NCBI GenBank assembly: GCA_030704615.1
Contig: CM060733.1
Coordinates: forward strand, 26,846,001 to 26,910,000
Origin: Takakia lepidozioides
Lineage: Eukaryota; Plantae; Bryophyta
DNA length: 64,000 bases
Direction: 5' to 3'
Below the pieces are notes generated by a model, which was given only the letters and a program-made list of their open reading frames with translations, ran no database searches and was not told where the DNA came from. A program made the translations under genes and the position numbers. The first letter of the stretch is position 1; each line of letters opens with the position of its first letter. Shown here piece by piece: positions 19,630 to 31,626 of the stretch.

Positions 19630-20910
19630 TACCAGTTGGATATATAAGTTGGATGTATACCAGTTGGACTGGTATATAGGGTCTGGCTGGGTATCAACCA
19701 GGGTATTGACTGGCTGGTATTGGCTTTTGTAATACTATGGTTAATAACCGACCCGGCTGGTATTGGCAATTCCAATTCTATGGCTGATAACTGGACCGGC
19801 CGGTATTGCCAAGGCAATACTGGGGTGCATACCTGTATTATGGGCAAAAACAAGGACTTTACCATGGTATGAATAGGAAATTGGCTGGGTGCACAGTATG
19901 TCATGGGTCAAGCTAAGAGGGTGCATGTCATGGGTCAAGCTAAGAGGGTGCACATGTCGGGGAGGGCATGTCCGCCCCAAGGGCCCACCAATATGCTTCA
20001 TTTCTTACCTTCATTTCTTTATGTTAAAGAATTGGCTGGATGATGTGCCGACCGATTGCAAGGTGGTTTCGCGTGGGATCAAGGATTTCTTTTTGTCGGA
20101 AGACGATTTGATTGATGAATATGAGGACCTCATTGCAGATGCTGGTTTATTTGACGATAAGGGTTGCAATCAGTTTTCTTTTAACTAAGCTTGCTTCAAT
20201 TTGGATACTAAAATCTGCAACGTTGTTATTATGTAATGCAAAGACTGAATTTTGCAACATAATCATTAATTTTTTTGTGAAATCAACTGAAATCTTCTAA
20301 ATTCAATGATTTAGTGGGTATTTTTATTTTATATTATATTATTTATACCCGGGTTGATAACCGGCTGGTATTAGATTGGAATACCCATCTTATTGATACC
20401 CATCCGCAAATCGAAAATCAATGATACTACTATTGAGAACCGGCGGGTATTAAAATTAAGGGAATATTTCAATACTATGGAATCGGCTGGTATTGCAAAT
20501 TAATTTCTTTTCAATCGTTTAAGAACTCCATCAGGTCCTAGCTTATACTATCTTCCACCTATCACAATGTATAATAATGCCTGATAGCTATTCTTTTCCT
20601 CTGCTCCTTCCCATAACTGGGTGGGCACTGATCATGAGAAGGTAGTATCTGATTGGCCACTGCCAATCTAAGCAATCATCTGCTCCCTCCACTTCTACTA
20701 CACAAATAAACTCGCATCAGGCAGTTGATCGTCTGCTGTTGTGGTGGGTTCTCCTGTTGAAAGACGTGACAAGTGATCTGCCACAAGATGCAAACGCCCA
20801 GGGTTGTAAACAACTTCGAATTCAAACTCGTGCAAGATAATCAACCATCTTGCTATCCGACTGGTATTAGAAAAAGTAATACCCGCCCAACACTCTTTGA
20901 AACCTTGTCC
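19630..20910 (+). mobile_element. Degraded hAT-like DNA transposon
   Basis: Repeated subterminal-type motif accggctggtatt (~19752, 19795, 20360, 20439, 20482, 20857). Internal KNWLDDVPTDCK...EDDLIDEYEDLI resembles hAT transposase C-termini. 27-bp tandem duplication at ~19898-19951. Ends not resolved. Confidence 0.45.
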
Positions 20911-21119
20911 TCTAGGGTGGATCTACCCCCACATTAACTCCTTATCTCATTGAGCTCTCCCACCCTCCAGAACAGAAAATCACAACCCATAATTTACTGG
21001 CAACTACCTAACAGGCTCTAGAACATACTCTGTATTGGTAATACGACTACAAAAACATGCCTGCAGGAGAGAGGGAGAGAGAATTTAATCTACCTCTAGC
21101 ACAGCCTCTAGCCTTGTAG
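20903..21119 (+). repeat. Dispersed duplicate, copy 2 (pairs with ~11100-11327)
   Basis: Direct sequence similarity over ~200 bp. Confidence 0.8.
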
Positions 21120-21269
21120 ACCAGTAGATCCACAACAACACACAAAGGAGAAACGTGAATCCCAACCCTTCGCACAACAATTGAGCATCGCACCACGGCT
21201 TGCTACAAATCCTTCTGACAATGCCTTCAGAGCCAAAGGAGGAGCAATAAGTATATCTTACTATTCACA

Positions 21270-23017
21270 CTAGGGTTGCCGTTGGCCGAAATATCAAGTG
21301 TCATCTAAGCCCAAGTGCAATCTCCTATGCATGCAAGTGCGTTTCCTATGTTGAGGCCCAAGTGCAACCTCTAGGGTAGCCTGTGCCGTTGGCCCAAGTA
21401 TCAAGTGTCATCTAAGTCCAAATGCATTTTTTTTCCACGAAGCCTACGACCATATTTGAACCGGAGACCTTTCCCTTGATATCTCTCCTCTCGAGGCTCC
21501 AACCATTGAATTCCCACTTTGCTATTTTTCGGGAATTTCCAGCGACCTAAAGTACTTGAAATTCCACATCTCCCACACCGCAGGTCCAAAAATCGTGAGA
21601 CCAAGCCCATGCACCCATCCTCGTCGAGGGCTTTCCAATGGTACCAAGCACCAGGGCTGGGGCCTCGTGGTTGGGGACATCTCAAATGTACAAAACAAAA
21701 CAAAACAAATGTCTCGCTTTATATATTGACTAGGGTAGCATGTGTCGTTGGCCCAAGTCTCCACTGTCATTATCTAAGTCCAAGTGCAATCCCCTATGTA
21801 TCCAAGTGCGTCTCCTATGTCGACGCCCAAATGCAACCTCTAGGGTAGCCTGTGCCGTTGGCCCAAGTGTCCAATGTCATCATCTAAGTCCAAGTGCAAT
21901 CCCCTATATATCCAAGTGCGTCTCCTATGTCGAGGCCCAAATGCAACCTCTAGGGTAGCATGTGCCATTGGCCCAAGTGTCATCTTAGCCCAAGTGTAAG
22001 ATCTTCTATATATCCAGTGCGTCTCCTATGTCGAGGCCCAAGTGCGACCTCTAGTGTAGCCTATGCCGTCGGCCTATGTGTGACGAATTGAAATCTGAGA
22101 CCAAGTGCAATTTCTTGTGTATCCAAGTGTGTCTCTTATGTTGAGGCCCATCTAAGCCCAAGTGCAATCTTCTATTCATTTATCCAAGTGCATCTCCCAC
22201 GTAGAGGCGTGTCTAGTGGATCATCTTAATGCAAGTGCAATCGCCTAAGTATCGACGTACGTCTCCCATGTCTAGGGTGGCCTGTGCCGTTGGCCCAAGT
22301 GTCTAATGTCGTCTATCCAGTGCGTCTCCTATGTCGAGCCCCAAGTGCGACCTCTAGTGTAGCCTATGCCGTCGGCCTATGTGTGACGAATTGAAATCTA
22401 AGACCAAGTGCAATTTCTTGTGTATCCAAGTGTGTCTGTTATGGCCCATCTAAGCCCAAGTGCAATCGTCTATTCATGTATCCAAGTGCATCTCCCATGT
22501 AGAGGCGTGTCTAGTGGATCATCTTAACGCAAGTGCAATCTCCTAAGTATCGAAGTACGTCTCCCATGTCTAGGGTGGTCTGTGCCTTGTGGTCTGTGCC
22601 GTTGGCCCAAGTGTCTAATGTCGTCTAAGTCCAAGTGCATCAATATATGAAGCAAGCCATATCTAATCCATTTTTTTTCCACGGAGCCTACAACCAGATT
22701 TGAACCGGAGACCTTTTCCTTGATATCTCTCCCCTCGAGGCTCCAACCATTGTGAGGAATGCCCACTTTGCCATTTTTGCTATTTTTTGTGAATTTCCAG
22801 TTACCAAAAGTACTTAGAATTCCACATCTCCCTCACCGCTTGTCCAAAAATCAAGAAACCAAGCCGGTGCACCCCTCCTCATGGAGGGCTTCCCATCCCA
22901 TCGGGACCAAGCACCCGCGCTGGGCCCGCGGTTTGGGAGGTTTGGGAGATCTCAACGACGCTACAAAACAAAACAAAACAAAACAAAACAAAACAAACGT
23001 CTCGCTGCATATATTGA
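21270..23017 (-). mobile_element. Non-autonomous Helitron, head-to-tail tandem with amplified 3'-end units
   Basis: Minus strand starts TCAATATATGCAG (23017), ends CTAG (21270) and sits between A and T. Internal CTAG|TCAATATATAAAG junction at 21730/21729; repeated gggccaacggcacaggctaccctag units. Confidence 0.8.
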
Positions 23018-23286
23018 TAAGCTATCCCTTAGTTGGGTATAATGAAACGATATTAATTGAACCAACATGACAAACCAAAAAGCTTTGTTTTTGGGATGTT
23101 GGAGGGTAACTTGAAGCAAGAGAAAAAGACATCACTTTCTTGAAGGGGATTTTAGGAGAGTTTTTTCGGCTTGTTTGAGATGCACGCCATCTTTTCTTTA
23201 CAATCTCATCTTTTATGTTATATGCCACAATCTGAGCCGTCCACAGCGAAAAGAAACAGGAAAGAAACCCTATGTCTGTACGCATT

Positions 23287-23391
23287 GTAAGTCCCCCACC
23301 CTCGGGCAGGTGCCAGGTACCTTGGTATTGGTGTCGTGACCGACGGCGCACTCCCCTCGCACCGCGGTACACCCTCGGGTGGGGGACTTAC
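23287..23391. repeat. 105-bp segment bounded by a perfect 15-bp inverted repeat (possible tiny MITE)
   Basis: gtaagtcccccaccc (23287-23301) / gggtgggggacttac (23377-23391); no clear TSD. Confidence 0.55.
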
Positions 23392-25389
23392 CCTATACAT
23401 AATGACGTACCATAGTGACGTATTCTTATTATGTTAAAGGCAGGCATAGGTAGTCAGATGGAGATTGCGCCATGTAAGGCGGCGACTAATTATACGCAGC
23501 GCAGTTCTCGGACAGTTCTTTACGGGATAAATCCAGCACACGTGCTGGAACAGGAATGCCACCTTAGAGCTTATCAACCGTCCGATGGGCTGTTACATGA
23601 ATCTTCCCCGTTGAAGGAAATGGTTGCGAGATGTGAGTAGAAGAGGCGAGGCTAGAAGCGTGTGAGAGTATAAAGAGATGAGAGCTGATGAGAGCTGGTT
23701 TGCGAAGCGTGTGAAGTGCGTGTACATACTCACGTTGCAGACTAGATCTGCGCTCTGGGTGCTTTGTAGACTCGTAAAGCATGGCCCTCGCTTTTTCTTT
23801 GACGAGCTCGCTGCTGCAATAATGGATGCAGAGACAGGACAACATGTTGGGGGACGAGAGAGGGACACGCCAGTGCGAGTCAGGCGAGGATTACGGGTGC
23901 AATAGTCTCCCAATAGTATATAGAGTGCTGATGAGCTACTGCAATGCAAGTTCTGTTTGAGGAGGAACATGGGTTCCGAAGCGGTTGTAGGTGTCGAAGC
24001 GTGATGACCGGACCCCATATTTGTTTCGAATTGGCAAGGGTATCTAGCGTGACATTGGTCTTGTTTCACTATTATGATGCAGATTCTTCATTTGGTTGTA
24101 CTGGTTCTTTGTTCTGAACTGAATCTAACGAAGGATCTGCATCATAAACCGGTGAAAGAAGGCCGCCTCATAGTGAGGATGATTGCATTCGCGCTCCTAC
24201 AGGAGAGCCAATGCTGGAAGTGGCAGCATCGCCCTCTCTTCCCTTTTTCGGGTTTCTGTGGAAGCGTGTCGTTTGAAGAGAGGCACTAATGGAGAGATAG
24301 AGAGGATGCAAACATGAATTTCAAAATATAACGTAGTGTAGCACTGACAATGTTGACCTGGCAGGAACTGAAACTTTCCTTTCCAATCTTGGTGTTCCTA
24401 GAGCTGTTATTGTAGTGTTGTTGGCTTCTATTGGCCAAGCTACGTACATTTTAAGATCTTGCTACATGGTGCAAGTGCATCCCTTTCCCGGGGACCTTCG
24501 TCTCTCTCTCCCTTTGAGTCTTCTCCTCCCACTCTCTGATTTCAAGATGGCAAGTTCTTGACATCCGTCTCACTCACTGCAGGTCCTCGTTTTGTCAATG
24601 TCCACTGTCAATTCGAATGAGCATGTGTACATAGGATAGCCCATTTGGAGCATTTTGTTTCATATGTGGATTTCTAACTGACGAGACATTGTACGTACTG
24701 CAGACTGTCACTGCGGTATATCTGATACGGGAGTTCTGGGATTGACCACTAGACACATGTAGCGTCTTTAAATTTTTAATTCTTGAAGGCTGGGGCTGTT
24801 GATCTACACGCATTAGCACATCTCTGAAACAATAGCGAAGTTGTAGTGGATCAGCTGCGTCAACTACAGGCAGATATTTCCTGGGGATGGAGGCACAGAT
24901 AAGAAGGAAAGAGCAAATCATCCTTCATGATCGTTTTGGCTCTACATTCTGAAAGTTAATCTATCTTGCAGAAGGAAAAAATAGCGGGTTTAACAGTCTT
25001 CACCGAGTCTTCACGAAGGGGACAACCATACACAAGGTTACAGCAGGAGGGATGCGTTTGTATTTTGTATGGCCCGCCACGGGCCTGTAAAAGATACTTG
25101 TCCCACATACGGTACCATATCCATAGGCGTATATGCATAGGCTTTAATTAACATCCTGACACTTCACTTCATATATTTTACATTGTAGTTTCCTAAAATT
25201 AGCGTTTGCCTGTGAAATCCGTGATAAAGTTACAGTTTATCTAACCTCCAGCGAAAGAGAATGTAAGAAGTGAACACTGGCTGAGAGATTGAGAGGATAA
25301 ACTGCTCAGGTGTGCCCATGTACATCTGTAGTTATAATTTGTGTAGAACAGTGTCAATAGCTGCCTGCGAAGAGCCAGCCGAAAAGGTA

Positions 25390-25710
25390 GCCTGACCATG
25401 CAGCTAAAATGCTCAACTGTAGGTGTGATGCCATGATCTCGACTCATGGACTCATGGAATTGAAGTGTGACTGGCGTCATCTTGCTCAGTCATATTGCTG
25501 AACACAGTGCATCGTTCACATTTGGCCTACATGTTTACGAAGGTATTCTCCAAAATGATATCTTGCACAATTCCAGCTTTGATGATGTCAGCATGGATCG
25601 GTGCTCTTACCTCCGAACCCAAGTCAATGGCGAAGCTGGCTGGGGAATACTATGCCTTTTCCAGGGCTGCCAGGGTAGCACGAGCTTTGAGAATGCAAAT
25701 ACCCGTGACA
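25390..25710 (-). pseudogene. Fragmented PPR (PLS) pseudogene related to the 6614-8305 gene
   Basis: ICILKARATLAALEK, KAGIVQDIILENTFVNM*AKC, SMSRDHGITPTVEHFSCMV; nucleotide similarity to 7390-7440. Confidence 0.8.
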
Positions 25711-26589
25711 TTGTACGTATCATCAGCATACAGAGAGGTCTTTATAGAGGGCGGGAGGTCAAATGAGGGGGAGGGAGTTGCAAACCAACAATATCTCGTC
25801 TGGACCCAGACAGATAAGCCAAGGCCATCAGCAGCAATAGGAAAAGAAAGGGTGCAATAGGACATCCTCGACGAACCAAATCGAAAGAGGGGAAATGAAG
25901 AAGAGATGACTCCATTTACAGGACTTCTACAGCATATCAGAAATCTGAATATTTAAAGAACTTAACATGACCCACATGATCTGATTGCCTGTCGGTTTTC
26001 ATTGTATCTAGATGGATTTGGTACGCCATTCGTATCTGTTTCTAACATGCACATATCTTTCTATTGAGTTCGGATCTGTGAGTGCAGGAAATCTGCTATA
26101 ACTATCATGAATGTCGGTGCGTAATTATATGTACTCTTAATACAGAACCTATCTTTCTGCCCAAGTTTGTGGTGGCCACAATGGCTGTAGTCATTGTTAA
26201 GAAAACTTACTACACCCCCCACCCAATCTCAATATTGTCGGGCCAGTCAATGGCACTTTGTTGTTTCTCACAGTGGGTCGTACTTTCAACAATTTCCGAC
26301 CAGATGCTTGATCAACTGCATTTTTATGCTCCTCTGATTGTGGTTTTGGCTGAGAGGATAGTCCTGAACTGTGTATGCAATAAGTTAGTATGGAGAGTGT
26401 GTTCGTTCAGCCCCCGTCTCTCACTAAAGAGGCAGGAGGACATGTCACCTTGGCTCCATAGGAATGTGGCCGCCAAGCGACAGTGGTCTGTAACATTTTA
26501 TTAATAAAATAACTTCAGACACGAGTTAAAGATGAAAAGTTAACTCCGCATCGACATGCATGCCGAACAGATTGGTACAGTATAAGCCC

Positions 26590-27340
26590 GCCCATCCTGC
26601 CTAACAACTCCTCTATTGCTAATGTCACCGCTGGCCTATCGTCTTTGAATTCTTTCTGCCTAACTTCGGGTTTGAAGGTCAACTGGCCCAAGTCCATTGG
26701 AATGCTATCTAAGGTCAGTGATCTCTCTTTTGCTAATCGATGTGACCCCTGGGGAGAGGATTTCGTCCTACATTGGCTTGTCAACGGGGCCTCTCACCCT
26801 CTTCCGGGTTATCGATTCGGGCAGGAACTCTCTGATGCCATCAGGTGTGATTCGGTACTGGGCAAATCCAAACTCAAACTAGCATATTGGAGCTCTGCCA
26901 TGCTTTCTGTATCAGATCGTGCATTAATTCTTAACCAGATTCTAGCTGCACCCCTCTGGTTCTTTGCTGATGTATGGTCTCTCGTCTCATCAAATACATC
27001 ACAGCTCTTATGAGGAATTTTCTGTGGGTTGCAACTCCTGCATCTAGCTCTGGTTCCTGGTCGCATTCTGCCAACCTAAAAACATGGGTGGGCTTGGTCT
27101 GTTGGATCCGGAAAACCAACTTAAAGCCTAAGTAAATCCCTCGTGCGTTACAACACTCTCACAATCCATGGTGCAGGATCGTTCGCACCTACATGGTGAA
27201 CGCTCTCCCTCGATCTTCCCCTCTTTGGGTCACGTCCTTCCGTTGGATTGTTGAGGGTTATGGAAACTGCCTTCCTCTGGGTTCCCTTGAAGCTGGGAGG
27301 TCAATTTGGAGTGCCCAGAACTCTCTCGCTCTCATTTGAT
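26590..27340 (+). mobile_element. L1/Tx1-like LINE ORF2 fragment (post-RT region)
   Basis: FCLTSGLKVNWPKS...KLAYWSSAMLSVSDRALILNQIL...RNFLW...GGLGLLDPENQLKAL, with frameshifts. Confidence 0.8.
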
Positions 27341-27538
27341 GGCCTCGTCCTTTGCGGAAGCGAACATGCAACCCTGAACAATTTCTAGTCCCTAAAGACT
27401 TCAAGTTTGAAGGTAGTGAAGACTTCGCCAAAATCAATACATAGAGTTCAAGGAGATTCCGGAGTGAGTTGCACTCGAAAGGGATAAACAAAGCCTTTTT
27501 ACATTTTCCACTGTGCCTGTATGTGTATCCGTCAGAGA

Positions 27539-27607
27539 ATGTACTCATAAGACGTTGTTTGCCGTAGCCTTGGCCATTGACCCCGCGCCCAGTTTGAGCG
27601 GAAACCA
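27539..27607 (-). mobile_element. Short non-LTR retroposon 3'-end copy with 15-bp TSD
   Basis: tgtatccgtcagaga at 27524-27538 and 27608-27622 flanks the reverse complement of the 17306-17369 sequence. Confidence 0.8.
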
Positions 27608-30029
27608 TGTATCCGTCAGAGAGAGAGAGAGAGAGAGAGAATGATTTTGAAACTGGGAGAAGGAGAGAGAGAAACGAAATGAAATGAAATGGTACTGTAT
27701 AATTTGGAGAGGATATTTGTCTGGCGTCGACATACTAGAATCCAGCATTGCAACTCTATCCATTTCTACTTACGTAGACGTCAAACAAAAGATAAAAAGA
27801 AGAGCATCTACCCCACTGCATAGCTGTACCAAATGTGGGCTATGAAGGTTGCACTGTATTCATAGATCACGCAGCTGCATTGATGTGGACTCTCCTCCGG
27901 GCTCTTGCTCCTTCATCCCAAAATTTCAATTGATGTGTCCCTGTGATTCTAGATGTGCAGGGGAAGCTCAGTTTCCAGTTGATAGCAACGAACCATGCAT
28001 CCATTTCAAATGTTCACTTATTCATTTGTTTTTCACTCCTAAACGTGGAGGGAGTGTAGAGGGCATGGGTGGGAGAAAGGGATCTCTCCATTCCCTCTAA
28101 AGCTCCTTGTGCTTAGTTGAAATTTCCCATGAATTTCCAAGTTTCAGGATCTCCACGTGGAAATTTTTTAGGCTGCTCATTTGATAATGCAAGATTCCCC
28201 TCACCTTCTTCCTTTGTAGGCAAATTCAAGGAAATCCCTTCCTATTCCCTAGAGTATAACGGAAATTCTCAAAACCTCTCTGTGATCATCCGTGTCTCTC
28301 GACGCAGGTTCGTGCCGTGGATGTGAACACAGGAAAATAGTGGATGTTTACTTTTGCCTGATCTTGTCACAAAACCTCGATAAGGGAGGTAATCACTAAT
28401 CACCTTAAGAGCCTGGATACCAGAACGGGGCTCTCCTCGCCCGCCCAGAGCTCTGTGCAGGGTAGGTGTGAGAGCATGTCAGAGTACGAGGCTACATACA
28501 GCACCGCGGTGGGCATTCATCATGGCACTGGCAGCTTCTGAGAACACCACTGTGCAGAGTCTGCTGTCATCAGCCGCTACTGCTAACACATATTCGTGGC
28601 AGCCAAGTTTTGGCATCATCAGTCTAGCCAGGACATGAGGAGAATACTAGATACCAAAGGTGGCGGATTTAACTTGGGCCGAGTGATTGACGGCAGTGCT
28701 TCTATGATGCGGCAAAAGTAGCCGGAGCGGTGGTGCGCGAGATTGCAGCTGCGCGGTCTGCGAGAGATGTGGAGGCAGTGAAGGCGACGCAGAGTGGGTG
28801 CGGGCGGGATGTGGTGTGGGTTCGCGACCCTCTTGCGTCTGTGGCTGCTCATGAATGGGGTGCAGGTGTAAGTAACGGCCGTGACTTCGCAGAAGGATGG
28901 CAGATCTTGGTGCTCCGGACGAGGTTGCAATAACTTGTGAGGGAGGACTCGAATGCATGTGGGTAGGTAAGTGCCGATCCAACTTGTCTTGGCTCCTGGT
29001 GCGGGAGGGATTTTCGGGAAGGTGATGCATAATAGATAGATGAAAAAACAGAAGCATTCGAGTGCTACTTGCCTCAACCGTATTAGGTGAAGTTAGTAGG
29101 ATGCTCTCTCATGACTATGGTCCAAAGCAATGATACCTGAGCTGCTCGATCAGATTGACTCCTCGCATCATATTGAGTTTGATGAGCCATGGGGGGACCA
29201 CTTGGATTGCTGCAATCTAGTCTGAGCTGGATGGAGACACCTTTGGGCTTTAGCCTAGTAGCAGTGATAGATTGTTAGATAGGAAAGAAGCGCCGTGTCT
29301 GGCCCCCCTCAACACGTCCAGAGGCCCTTGTAACATGTGCACACCGACACAAGGCCTCTCATATCAATTTTTTGTCGATTTTGATTGTTCTTTGGGATGG
29401 GCTTTTGCGGTGACGGTGGGCACAATGACAGCAATTGTGCGCGTCGTACGGCTTTTTTGTTGTAAGAAATATTGAGTAATGCAGTGTACTGACTCCCAGA
29501 ATTATGCACAACGATGTAGCTAGCAAAGAGAATGTATTAACACTGATTGTGAAAGTATACACACAGCTTCGCAATCCTTGCACACACCGCTATTGCTCAC
29601 GCTCTCTGACACATGCTGCACCACCAGTAAGCACTCCTATGAAGACTCTGCACGACCTCAGCTAAGCTCGTCATTCTCTTTGCTATGCACAAGAAGCTTC
29701 TCAATCTACCGGTTAGTACACTACCAACCTCATACCGTCTATACAGCGAGAACTTCATAACATCCACAGAAACTTCCTAACTTCATAAGAAAAGAAAAGA
29801 GAGAGAGGTAAGTTTGATCTTAAAAGGAGAACCTTGGCCATCACATCTCTAGTAAATTTAGTTAGGGCACATAATGCCAGCTTACAAATGGTTGTGGATT
29901 TAGAACCACATGGGTAAGTGTAATTATATCTCCCCCATTATAACCAATCCAACTACAAAAGGGAAGGTTGCTAGTTCCTCCAAAGGTTAACATGCAACCA
30001 ATGTGTGCTACTTGGGTACCTTCCAATAC

Positions 30030-30145
30030 CTTGCTTCTGCATAACCTACGTGATCTAGGGTTCAAAGTGTACACCTTCCAAAGGGACGCAGTAGTCCCTC
30101 CCTCGCAAGGAAGAGACCCAATAATGTATGCTTCCTTCGGAGATT
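30030..30145 (+). mobile_element. tRNA-derived SINE copy
   Basis: tgcataaccta.gtgatct.gg.ttcaa.gtgt.caccttcca...gcagtagtcc...gaagagac shared with 18885-18985. Confidence 0.65.
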
Positions 30146-30250
30146 GAAACTTTCCTTGTACTCTACAAAGTTATCATGAAGCTAATGTAACGGAGCTCTA
30201 GTAGCAAATTGATATAATAGGGAAGTGGTTCACAAGGGAAGGCTGGGGAG

Positions 30251-31253
30251 CTAACTGTTGGCCCACTTTTGCATTTGCTTGCGATCAACTTGCAAAGGTC
30301 CGGTTGGGCAAATTTGCTCAAATACTGGTAGCCGTCGCAGTTCAGATGAGCCATGAATGAAGTTGCATCGCCTCCCATAGTCGCAAAGTCCTGTCCCCCA
30401 GAAACTATTACATAGCTGCACGCAATACAAAATGCTGCAGGTTGTTGAGTGCGGTTTGAATGTGCTATCCCCGAGTAAAAGTTAGAGAATTGTACGACCT
30501 CTGAACTGCAACATGGCATACAGTATTAGGTCACATCGAACTTGAAACTGTGAGTAGCCTGAGCACTATTGAGGCAGTTTCAATGATAGTTAAGTGAACG
30601 TCGCATGCTTGTAGATTAAGCTTAGCTTGGTAAACTTGGCTTGCAATTGTTTTCAAGAAATCTGACCTTGAAGAAACAACAGTCCAGAAACTAACCTACA
30701 GGCAACTTACCAGCTACAACAAAGCGAAATTTACAAGTTGCAGGAGAGAAGGAGAGAAATCTTACTGGGTACCTTTGTCCTGTACTTGGGATGACGAGGC
30801 ATTCGAAGCTCATCCTCTCCATGCGCAAACTGTGGAAAGGACCAATTATATTACCGGAAAGAACAATTTAGGTAGAGCAGACAAATGGTCTAGCATACTA
30901 ATCTGTATCCACAATTTGCAGCTTCATCCATGTTATGTTTTCGGAATTACTTTAAGGCTAGCGGTCTAATAAGTAAATCATAAAGATCTTGAAATAGCAT
31001 GTGAGGATGTGACCGATAGCCATCAGCGATCGATACTAAGGCATACCTGACAGTTTTCTCCCAAACGGCAAATTCCCCACTTCTCCCATCGGTAGCACAT
31101 CTGGCACTTGTAGCGATCTATACAGCACGCTCCTTGATCAATGGAAGGGTCCTCCAAGTCACCACCATCAGATCCTGAGGAACTACCTACGGTACTAGAG
31201 ACGGTGCTAGTGGTCTGACTAGATTTTGAGTCGTACTCACTTAGTTGATCCAT
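30251..31253 (-). CDS. Tristetraprolin/TIS11-family tandem CCCH zinc-finger RNA-binding protein (142 aa, 3 exons)
   Basis: Exons 31253-31047, 30829-30773 and 30415-30251 with GT-AG, phase-0 introns give RYKCQMC-x8-C-x5-C-x3-H GEDELRMPRHPKYRTKLC-x8-C-x5-C-x3-H then LRRLPVFEQI. Confidence 0.88.
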
Positions 31254-31626
31254 AAACTGTAGGCAACAGTTATTCAGGCAATCCTCGATGTGATCGCAAG
31301 TAATTCATACACTGACTGGTCTTTATCAATTGATCCTTAACCTAACGTACGATCGAGCCCTTCTCTCTCCCGGACAAAGCGTAGCAGGCAAGAAGACAGC
31401 ACTTTAAGAGCTTGTGGATGATCGATAGCTTATATAGCCAGCGATCGACCTTTCTCTTTTTCCTTTCTCGGGGGGAAGCTTCTTTCTTTAGACCCCGATT
31501 CTATCTTAACACAGTGGAATGTGAGAAATTTTAAGAAGCCTACAGCTTTTTTCATCTCTGGCCCCTTTTTTCTTTCACACCTAAAAACGTGCTCAGATCT
31601 ACAAACAGTCTGCCTTGCCTGATCAG

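Noticed and set aside
28400-29077. GC-rich ORFs of 136-152 aa
   Set aside because: No recognisable motifs; overlapping frames suggest decayed or chance ORFs
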